From Macrostomum lignano (taxonomy: Eukaryota), in assembly GCA_002269645.1 (NCBI GenBank), contig NIVC01000738.1, forward strand, positions 372,001-436,000: 64,000 nucleotides of DNA, given 5' to 3'. Made by a program: the position numbers and the translations under genes. The notes beneath the pieces are model-generated. The model worked only from the letters and a program-made list of their open reading frames with translations. It ran no database searches and had not been told where the DNA came from. Shown piece by piece: positions 12,325-22,300 of this stretch; within the stretch, counting starts at the first letter, position 1, and each line of letters starts with the position of its first letter.

Positions 12325-13555
12325 ATGGCGCAAGACGGAGAAAATAGTCAAGAATCGAAGTCAGTTGAGATTAGGAACGAAGGCGAAGTAGATGAGGCCG
12401 AACACTTGAGAACAGTAGTAAGAGAACTGCAGGACCGCATAAGAAGAATGGAAACCGAAAATCCTGAACCTAGAGTGATTTTGAAGTCGCATAACAGCGT
12501 AGCAAAGCCCAAGCCATACCGACTTGGCTCAGATTTCGAATTGTTTCTAAGAATCTTCAACAACTACTGTCAAGGCAACGGTATAGATGAATCGGCCAGT
12601 GTATCAACTATTGTCGCTCCTAGACGAAGACGCCTATAAGGTTTACATTAACTTAGGCCTGGCGAGCACCGAATCTTTCGAAAGCATCGAAAAGACTTTA
12701 AAGGACAAATTTAAGCCCGTAGGACAGAAAGAAGAAGCGAAGCTAGAGCTGATGAACCGCAGGCAGAAGGAAGACGAATCGTTGGAAGAATTTTACGACG
12801 CACTAGTTGAATTAGTTAGGAAAGCAGGACTAGAGAGTCAGGCTCGAGAGCGAGTTTCTGAACGATTTGAAGCCGGCATAGCAAATTATAAAGTCAGGCG
12901 CGCAGTTATTGCCTATCGCAGAACGCATGAATCGAAATACCAGACGCAAGATTTACTGACTGCAGCCAAAAACGAGGAGATCCTCGAAGAACTCGCAAAC
13001 CCAGGTAGCCAAAAGAATAGGAGGAAGCAGGAGGGCTCAAATAATTTGACAGCTCAAGTAGAAAAAGAGCAGAAAAAGCCAGCACCCAGCGCGGGCCAAG
13101 GCCACCAGTCATTTGGACCTCAGTTTGCTTCCCCGAGCAACTATCCTTCGCAGTACCAATCGTACCAGAATTATCAGCCTCAGTTCGACTACAGGCAATG
13201 GCAACCTAGGTTTGCCCATAGACAAATGAACCCAAGCTATAGGCCACAGGCACCAGTGCAGCCTCCGAATAGCTTTCGGCCACAGCATCACATGAGCAGT
13301 TACTCGAGACCCTATAATCGGCAGTCTTCGCCATTTGTCAGGCCCGCCATGACACGCCCGCCACGCTTTGGTCACGAGGCCGGAGGGGCCAATGACAGGT
13401 TCAAACCTTCGGGGGCGAACGCGCCAAATGCGAGAAAGGCCTGTTATGAGTGCGGCGAAGAAACTCACCTGGCTAGAGACTGTCCAACTAGAAGAAATTC
13501 TTTAAACTACCGACGGGGCGGCACCAAGGGAGGGCCAACCGCCCCCGGCCACTAA
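12325..13555 (+). CDS. gag: Gag with C-terminal CCHC zinc knuckle; one frameshift near 12590-12605
   Basis: ORFs 12325-12639 and 12587-13555 join into a capsid-like protein (KPKPYRLGSDFELFL, RRQKEDESLEEFYDAL) ending in CYECGEETHLARDC. Confidence 0.9.
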
Positions 13556-16500
13556 ACAGATTCACTCCCAATAGAAGAGCTGCAGCAGTAGAAGACCAGC
13601 AAGTTAGATCAGGCAACGAAGAATATGGCAATTTAGTTTGGTACAATTATTACAGAGGCTACGGATTTCTGCGGGATAGCAATAATAGAGATATTTTCTT
13701 TCATGTGACTAATACTAATATAGCAACTGATTACGAAATTTTGCATTTTCTGCGCCAGAGGGCGACAGTAAAATTTATCCGCACTAGCGATACTACTCAT
13801 AGTAGGAAACAGAGAGCAGTCAATGTTAAAATTTGCTCAAACGAGGAACGCAGATTAGCAGAAATTAACAAACAGAAGTCAGCGAGCTTAGCTAGACAGT
13901 CAGAGGCGTTGACAGAAGAAATAGAGAAGCGAAGCGAAGCTGCAGCAGCTCAGAGAAGTGCATTAAACAGCATAGACTTGCGACTTAGTGAAGTAGAAGG
14001 AAAGAAAGCTTCAGCAGACGAATCTAAGGTAGTAAAAGAATTATCAGATCTAAGAAACGAATTGAAGGACTTGCGCCAATGCTTGGTAGAGAAAGTCCAA
14101 GAAGAATCAACGAAAGAAGAACCTGACAAGAGTGCCCCGACAGCAGAACTTAGAGCTGAACTTAGGGAAATGAAGCAAGAATTAAGGAAGTTAGAGACAG
14201 CCATCCAGCGAGATGTGGCAGCTGAAAAGAAAGCAACAGAGAAGCGAGAGAAGACCGTAGAAGCAGACATATCTAGCCAATTAGTGAATTCAGGATTATT
14301 CCTCGATAGCCAGATTAACGGATTAAGCGAAAAAATATTAGTTGATACCGGCGCCTCAAATTGCCTAATCGATAAGAAATTATATCAACGCCTCTATCCA
14401 GCCAATCATAGTCTGAAGCCATGCTCAGTGAATATGCGATCCGCCAATGGCCAGACTTCAAATTTACTAGGCCAAGTAGCATTGCGCGTTAGATTCGGGG
14501 ACTGCGAGATTACGCACCCATTCTATGTTGCTGAAGGCTTACTAACATCATCAATAATAGGCATCGACTTGTTAACTCGGCATAAAATTAAATTAGATAT
14601 AGCAGGAAAATCCTTAGAATTTAGTGATCGCAGAATTCCGCTTGTAACAACGAGTGATGAAACGCGCTGCGTCCTACTGCAAGTAGTCAAGAAAGTATCT
14701 ATAGCACCGATGAGCGAAATTTATGTCAAGGCTAAATGTAAAGATACTCCGGAAACTGCAGAACTCGGCTTCATTTCAGGCCGCAGTCAAATTAGCGAGA
14801 AAGATGAGCCATTAGTAGCCAAAGCTATTACTAGATTAGACGAATTCGGTGAAACTTACGTTAGATTAATGAACCTGACTGAAGAGGCTCAGACAATTCA
14901 TAAGGATGAGGTAGTTGCGCAGTATCAACCGATGAAGGAAGAAGTAGAACTTTTCGCAATGTCAGAAACTGATTTAGAAGTAGGTGCGCAGAAGCAATCG
15001 AAGGCAGCAATTACGGTGCAAGAAGCAGACAGACTTAGGGAGCAATTCCGCTTAAACGAGACCGATTTAAGTGAGGCTCAGAAGAGAAAAGTAATTGAAT
15101 TATTTCATCGTTATCAAAATATAGTTTCGAAGGATCAGTGGGATATCGGCAAGACCCAGATGGGCGAATTCAAGATCGAGACTACCGATGAAATCCCAGT
15201 CAGAATTCCTCTGCGCAAGCAAAGCCCTGAGCAACGAGAATTTGTTAGCGGGCATGTGCAGCAGCTATTAGAGCACGATTTGATTGAGCCCTCAGAATCT
15301 GAGTGGAGTTGCCCTATAGTTCTCGCCCGGAAGAAGTCCGGAGAATTCAGATTTTGCTGTGATTTTAGACAACTAAATAATAAGACTAAGAAGGACAGTT
15401 TTCCGTTACCGCTAATTCAAGAATCGCTGGAATCCCTGGCAGGCAACATGTACTTTAGCACCCTAGACATGGTCGGCGCTTATTGGTCAGTGAAGGTCAG
15501 AGAGACTGACCGCGAGAAATTAGCGTTTCGAACCCATGATGGCCTGTTCCAGTGGAAAGTTTTGCCTTTCGGAGTCACGAATGGACCCGCTTGCTTTCAG
15601 CGCATAATGCAGAAGATCTTAGGCGATTACGCTTATAAGTTCGCTTTACTCTACCTAGATGATGTTATTTGCACAGGCAGGAATTTCGAAGAAATGCTCA
15701 GAAATTTAGAATTAATTTTCTCTCGATTAGCAGATGCTGGAATGAAAATCAAGCCAGAGAAGATCTTTCTGTTTCGGAAAGAAGTCACCTTCCTAGGGCA
15801 CACCGTCTGCCAGCACGGTATCTATACCAGCAAAGATAAGATAGAAAAAGTCCAGACATGGCCCCGGCCAGAGAATATCTCTGAGCTGCGCGGATTCTTA
15901 GGCTTAGCCGGCTACTATCGCAGATTTATTAAAGACTTTGCGAGAATAAGTGAGCCCTTGAATAATTTAACTAGAAAAGATGTCAAGTATAAGTGGGATG
16001 ACAGTTGCCAGAAGGCATTCGATCTTTTAAAGCAGAAGTTAGTAAGCGCACCTGTACTGAGCTACCCCAGGTTCGATAGCGACGCGGGACCGTTCATCCT
16101 CGATGTCGACGCCTGTGACGTAGCTATAGGTGGAAATTTATTACAAGAGCAAGATGGTGAAGAAAAAGTAATAGCCTATGCTTCGCATCCGTTAAATGAG
16201 CATCAGTTGAATTACTGCACTACGATGAAGGAAATGTTTGCGCTGATATATTTCTTAGAACATTACCGGCCTTATCTGGTCGGCCGTCGTTTCAAGGTCA
16301 GGACAGACCACGCGGCCCTCCAATGGCTACGCAAGTGCCACGGTGCAAAAGGCATGTTAGGTAGATGGAACATGATCCTTGAGCAGTTTGATCAGTTTGA
16401 AGTTATTTCGAGAATGGAAGAATATGACTTTGCAATTCAGTACCGCCAAGGGATTGCCCATGGTAACGCAGACGCCCTGAGTCGCAGACCTCAGCGGGAT

Positions 16501-18282
16501 GGTCCCCCGAAACGCTACCATGAGGAATGCCCCACTTGCAGTGCGACGAAGACAGCAACAGTCCACTGCGGTGCAATTAATATCGATACGCCAGCGGGAA
16601 TTGTAGAACTGCAGGAGAGCCAGCCAGAGTTGCTGCTGCTCAAGCAAAAGCTCAGACAGGGAGAGCCCTGTCCGCCCAAGAATGAATGGGTTGGAATGAG
16701 CCGCAGTTATAAGTCTTTATTTAGCGATTATGAGCAGCTATTAGTGAAAAATGATATAATTTACAGGAATTGGATAGATTCCGAAGGCCGAAAATTTGAG
16801 CAGACTGTACTGCCGGAAAACCAAGCCCTGGAACAGCAGTTGTTTAGAGCTTACCACGATCAAATGGCTCACGGCGGTATTTCGAAGACTAAAGATTTGA
16901 TTCGACAGAGATTTTGGTGGCCAAACTATTCAACGAACTTAGATAGATATATTAAGACTTGTACTGAGTGCCAGACAAGAAAGAAATACGGGCCGAAGCC
17001 ACGAGCGCCCTTAGAACCAGAAGTCAGCAGTTACATGGGCGAGAAAGTACATACAGATTTCGCCGGTCCGTTCAACGCCACAGCACGGGGGAACAAGTAC
17101 CTCCTGCTGATGGTTGATCACTTTACGGGCTGGCTAGAGGTAAAAGCGCTTAGAGATTGTACAGCTGAGAGTACAGCTTGGGCCCTGTACACAGAGTGGA
17201 TCACTCGGCATGGTGCCCCTGAAGCATTCATATCAGACAGAGGTACATCATTTACTGCAGAATTAGTGAAATCGTTAACCGAAAATTTCCGAATAGATTT
17301 GCGCCATACTACTAGCTACCATCCGCAAGCTAACGGTCGCTGCGAGCGCATGGTCAGAGTAGTGAAAGATGGAATCAGATTAGCCCAGAGTGAACTCAGT
17401 TTGGCATGGGATGAGGTGCTTCCGCACGCTTTGATGGTTCAGCGAAGCACAATCAGTGAAAGTAATAAGTTTAGCCCGTTCGAATTAGTCTATGGTCGAA
17501 AGATGCGGCTACCGGTTGATGCTGAGCTCGGATTGCCTGCACCGGAGCGCAAGACCCGTGATAAACATTTACATGATCTGTATAAGAAGTGCATGGAATC
17601 GTATAGAATCGCCAGAGAAAAGCAGCAAATATCAGTCAGGCGGCAGAAATCTAATTATGACACGAAAGTATTCCAGCAGTATTATCAGCCAGGTGACCTG
17701 GTCTGGATAGCGAATACGCAGAATTGTTATGATACGAATAGGAAGTGGGTAGGTCCGTATCGAGTGCTTGAAGTAAGAAATAATGGAAAAAATTTAAAAA
17801 TTGAGCCCGGTCCAAAGGTTGACCGAATAGAGCAGCCCGTCAGAATTCATGACGTAGTGACAGTACACAGAACAAAGCCCTGCTACTTGTCAGAAGAAAA
17901 GTTGCGTCAATATCGAGAAGAGGAAGCTGGAAGTGCTAGTGATGACGGCTCGGAGGAGTCAGAACAAGTCCAAGTGGAGATTCAGAGACCAGAGAGAATT
18001 AGATTTTTGCAACGTGAGAGAGCTCACGAAGCTACTGAAAGTAATATGAATAGAGCAGTCGAAAATACTCAGACAGCGGCCAATGCAAACCAGCAGACGC
18101 AGGCGAGTCCTGCGGGGTCTCAGGCCAGGCAAATTCCTGTGCGCACTCCACCGAATTTAATGCATCTGAGTCCAGTGCACAGTACGCCCCCGCAGCGGGC
18201 AGGCACGAATAACGTTAGCTGGATACCGCGGCTGCGGAACCGCGCGGCAATTAGACCCCCGGAGCGATATGGTTATCATTGA
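13489..18282 (+). CDS. pol: Pol polyprotein: cold-shock domain, coiled coil, aspartic protease, RT, RNase H, integrase, GPY/F
   Basis: The frame is open upstream of the GTG at 13705. Motifs: LVDTGA (PR), YLDD (RT), DVDAC/RTDH (RH), HDQMAH..CTEC, HTDFAGP/SDRG/NGRCER (IN), WVGPYRV. Confidence 0.95.
13501..13548 (+). promoter_or_regulatory. -1 programmed ribosomal frameshift signal: slippery T TTA AAC plus GC stem
   Basis: Heptamer 13501-13507 is in correct gag phase (TCT TTA AAC). The -1 frame is the pol frame, open from 13489. GGGGCGG (13515-13521) pairs with CCGCCCC (13539-13545). Confidence 0.8.
13621..13833 (+). other. Cold-shock domain encoded at the start of the pol frame
   Basis: Hand translation: EYGNLVWYNYYRGYGFLRDSNNRDIFFHVTNTNIATDYEILHFLRQRATVKFIRTSDTTHSRKQRAVNVKI. 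RNP1-like RGYGFL, RNP2-like DIFFH and terminal AVNV all fit the CSD pattern. Confidence 0.8.
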
Positions 18283-18859
18283 ATGGAGTCTATAGAAACG
18301 AAAGTACTGTCGAGACGAAAAATTTCAATTGTATTACTAATAGTAACTTGTCGAGACAAACGCGAGAAATTTGTTGAACGAAAATGGAACCAGAGAAAAA
18401 ATAGTCAATAGAAATTAGAAATTGGAAATAATGGAGACTTGGAAGTGCTGATGTTGACACTGCAGTTGCAGGAGTTGAAGACGAACTGCTCGAGCTGCCA
18501 CACCTGGTAGATTCCAGGACGCTAATGAAAGAGAAATACCATAGACGACCATAGAAGATATGAAACGATTGGAAGTTGCAAATAGAGATTGAAATTGAAT
18601 TGAGCCCAGATTGAAGTCGTCTGCGGTTCCATCGGCCAGTATATCCGGAATTATTATTATGGGAAAATTATTAAGGAATAAATATTATTATTAAAATTAT
18701 TAAAAACAGTCTTGCAGTAGAACTGACATGCGTGAATATTCGATAAGAACATAAAAATTGTAAAAGCTTCGTAAAAACAACACAAAAATATTATTAAAAT
18801 TGCTTGAGTCAGAAAACTGCTTGACACAAAAAAATATTAAAAACTCACAGTAAACCGAC

Positions 18860-19582
18860 ATGTTACATGTTGCAGCTGAAATGGCTGAGCGAGAGGATGG
18901 GGAGATTCCTGACGGCGCTGCTGCGGTCCCGGAGGTGGACGTATTGGATGTGTGCGCCGCCGTCGACGACCTGGGTATGTCGGAGGCGACGGCGAAGCCA
19001 TCACGAGCTGAACGGCGGCGAGAGCGGGCTCAAAGGCATTACGACCAACGACGTGCCGTGCGCCGCGCTGAACGCGAACTTGAGCCGTCGACGACTCTGA
19101 CGAGGCCTCAGGTCTTTTCGGCCCTGAAGCGCTACATTAGAAACGACTGGAGCCGGAATCCGTCGGTTGATACGCTTCGCGCAAAGCTCCGGCACGTGCG
19201 GCTGGCTGGTCAGCAAGGCGGCATTCCGATGCCCGAGTTGTTCGACACCATGGCGACGGCCATGTCGGTGGCCATTGCTTTTACGCCGCGCCAGCGAATG
19301 CCAGACACTAGCATCGACGACATCCGCACGGCCTGTCAGGCGGAAGGGCTCGCCTTGAAGGGACGCAACGGCACTGGGTCCGCGTCAACATCGATTGGGG
19401 GCGTTCTGCCCGCTGGCCGCTGCGAGTCATTGTTCGGCGCCGGTTACCGCCGCCAGCTGGAGGAGGACGGCTCAGTAACGGTTCGCAGCGTGGCGCGTTT
19501 TCGAGTCGACACCCACGCGGCTGCTGACAGGTTTGAGTGCTTGTATATGCGCACCCCACCACGTGCTAAGCAGAACCCGTAG
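18860..19582 (+). CDS. Extra ORF (240 aa, unknown function) between pol and the 3' LTR
   Basis: ATG-initiated, GC-rich, stop-free ORF after an AT-rich spacer; no signal peptide or transmembrane segment visible, so not env-like. Confidence 0.6.
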   Translation: MLHVAAEMAEREDGEIPDGAAAVPEVDVLDVCAAVDDLGMSEATAKPSRAERRRERAQRHYDQRRAVRRAERELEPSTTLTRPQVFSALKRYIRNDWSRNPSVDTLRAKLRHVRLAGQQGGIPMPELFDTMATAMSVAIAFTPRQRMPDTSIDDIRTACQAEGLALKGRNGTGSASTSIGGVLPAGRCESLFGAGYRRQLEEDGSVTVRSVARFRVDTHAAADRFECLYMRTPPRAKQNP

Positions 19583-20642
19583 CTGGTGAGCGACTGTTTT
19601 TGATGGTTGATTAGGCTTTAGTCGTCATTGGTTGTACGGTTCTGCAGGGTCGTCTCGTCAGGTTATCGCTCGGGCAGCGGGTGAAGTGGAGTGGTTGGGA
19701 TGCAAATCGGGGCGCCGTCTGAGCTTCGTTGGGCGCTTAAATAGTCTTGTCCTGGGCACGACAGAAAACTGCAGCCATTGGGCGGTGAATTTCGCCACGG
19801 GGATTGGTCCTGGGCAAGACCATAAACTGCAGCCAATGGGCGATAGACTTCGCTGAGTGGATGGAACGCCACGGGAGCGTGGGCGTGAATTAAATTATCG
19901 TCGGGGCACCCGATAGAGATAAGCGTCGTGGAATATTGCGATAAGAATTCCGCTGTGGTGACAGTGGGGGTCGTGGCGCCCACCCTACCTTTTAGGAGGG
20001 GGGAGGTGCGGATAATTAAATCAGCGAGTAATAAAATTTTGCCAGCCGATAAGGTTCATGTCGAAAGTGTGTAATTTAATTAACTTGTGTAAAATGCGAT
20101 AACGCGTCAATTCGTTCGTGGTGATGGGCCATGCGTTTCTTTGTGTTGCATGCGTTTCTTTGTGTTGCATGCGTTTCTTTTTGTATCATTGTGTCTCAAG
20201 TGCGCGAGAATTAGTTTCGTTTAGTTTTCTGCCGTGGAAATGTAATTTGAATTGAATTATTGAATTTGATGTTAATCGAATTTCGCCTAGTATTTTCAAT
20301 CGTAGAAGAGTCGTGTAATTGTTGCGAGAATTTCGTGTTCCGTCGAGACTTGTTTTTCATTGCTTTTGATTTGTTCATGGTAGAAATGTCGTGTTGCGTA
20401 AGAGAATTTTGCTTATGTACTTGATTTATAGTTTCATGTCGTGTCATGTGTCATGTTGTGCTTTGCATAGTAAACTGTATTAGTGTTTCGTTGCGTCTAA
20501 TTTCTATAGTTATTCTCGTTCCGTTTTTGCGAATTTTGGTTTCCGTAAACGCGTATATAGTATTCATTTGCTTACTGGAAGTAGTATGTTATGCGTATTT
20601 CGAATTTTCCAAATTTTTCTTCTTTTGTACTCTATTTCTTTT

Positions 20643-20654
20643 AGGAGGGGGGAG
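20643..20654 (+). promoter_or_regulatory. Polypurine tract
   Basis: AGGAGGGGGGAG directly abuts the 3' LTR start TGT. Confidence 0.9.
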
Positions 20655-21628
20655 TGTAGTGTGAGCATCTTTGCGTATATTTTGTTGTAAATTGACTGCA
20701 TTAGTTTCTATATTGTTATTGAATTGTTATTTTGCTTTAGTTTAGTCATGCGTTTTTTGTGTACTTTTTCTAGTTGGTTGAAATCTAAAATTGTAAACAG
20801 GTTAGAGTTAGACGCCAAATTTTGTGACTCAGCGGAGGGTTGAGTTTGTCTGCGAACCCCAGCTTTGCGCGGCCAGCCAATCAGAACCGGCCTGGACCCT
20901 GGCACGCGGCAAGTTCCAATTCTACCCGGCGCCGCGGGCACAGTGCAATTCGGCTTAAGCAAGCGGCCGGCCAGACGACCACCACCCGGCTTGAGGGGGG
21001 TTTGAGGGGTTGTGACTCTGACTATATATGAAAGTGTGTTTGGGCAATCGGATCTCGCTTGCTCCCTTTCCCCGGTTTTGTCTTGTCTAGTTCCCGGCCG
21101 GTGGCCCGATTTCTCCTCTCTTGTTGGTTCGCGCTTTGAGGCGCCTGAATTCATCACCCCCGGTCCGTATCTTTGTTCCCGCCCAACCGCAGTAGTCTTG
21201 TGGCGTAACGTCTACGGCAAATTTCTGTCTGAAGTCGTCGCTATCAAGCGCGGTTAGATAGAGACTGTCGGATCTGATCAAGTACGCGGCCTCGACCCCG
21301 AGGGCCCCAGTGTTACACTGAAGGGCAGTGCCGATAGAACTTAGTCGGTGCTCCGTTGAACGGTCGATTCGGCAGGGCTCTCGTTTGAGAGTAGGTTCTG
21401 GCTTAGGCCAGGGGTTAGGAGTCTTTCTCCGTGGTCCTGTGTTCGGTTCCTCCTTCCTCTTCTTCCTGCTGAGATCCGCTTGTCAGTGCGTAATATAATC
21501 ATTATTATTAATCGTTACTATTCGTTATCATCAGTCTAATTATCTGCGTCGCGAATTGCTTGAATCCTGTAACTTGAGTAATCAAATTAAATCGTCTAGC
21601 CAATTATCAGTTGTATCACATAGGATTA
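20655..21628 (+). repeat. 3' LTR, left part (split by Helitron insertion)
   Basis: Matches 10605-11578 at offset 10050. Confidence 0.97.
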
Positions 21629-22168
21629 TCTTCTAATATACTAAAAATGAAATGCTTGGTTGCTTGCTTGTAATTGATTTTCTCCCGAACGGCTCAACCG
21701 ATTTTCTTCAAACTTGCACCATTCGATCAGAAATTTTCCCGGGACGGTACATGCATATTGGCTAAGAAATTGCTCAATGTTAAAGGGATTAAATATTCGA
21801 AAAACATGATTTTTTGCAAAGGTCAAGCAGCTCTTTCGACCTGAAATGCATTGTAAGAATGCTAGAGAAAAATCTGACTGGTTGAATTCTGATTCTGAAA
21901 TAGATTGCATCACAATACACTTTATTTATCGTCTGTGTACTGGCTGAATTTGACACTCAATTGAATTGCGTCACAGCTTTGAGGGTGAAAGTATAGTGCA
22001 GTACTGAATTTATATTACGTAACCATATTGTTAACTTTCATAGACACTGGTACTGACTTGCCTAAGAAATTGATTATGTCATAACTGCTTCGCGTGACTT
22101 TTTACTCTACCTGACTTGGTGTGAGTGTTGAATTATATAAGTGGTACAAATTCACTGATAACTTCGAT

Positions 22169-22230
22169 GAGAGCTAGCCTAGAGCTAAACAGACAAGACT
22201 GCTAATGCAGCGACCTGGGTTCGAATCTAA
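22169..22230 (+). other. tRNA-like Pol III head (A box TAGCCTAGAG, B box GGTTCGAATC); further copies at ~25641, 28740, 34860, 40306, 47351, 49920
   Basis: A and B box motifs at tRNA-like spacing, with a central CTGCTAA loop resembling a tRNA-Ser(GCT) anticodon loop; no acceptor stem found. Confidence 0.55.
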
Positions 22231-22300
22231 GTAGTTTAAAAGTAGTAGTGTAAAATTTTTTATTAAAAGCTTTTATTAAAGGACTAAATAAAAACACTTA

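Noticed and set aside
18860-19582. env gene
   Set aside because: No signal peptide, furin site/fusion peptide arrangement or transmembrane anchor.
22169-22230. Functional tRNA-Ser gene
   Set aside because: A and B boxes present but no acceptor stem or full cloverleaf; treated as a tRNA-derived head.
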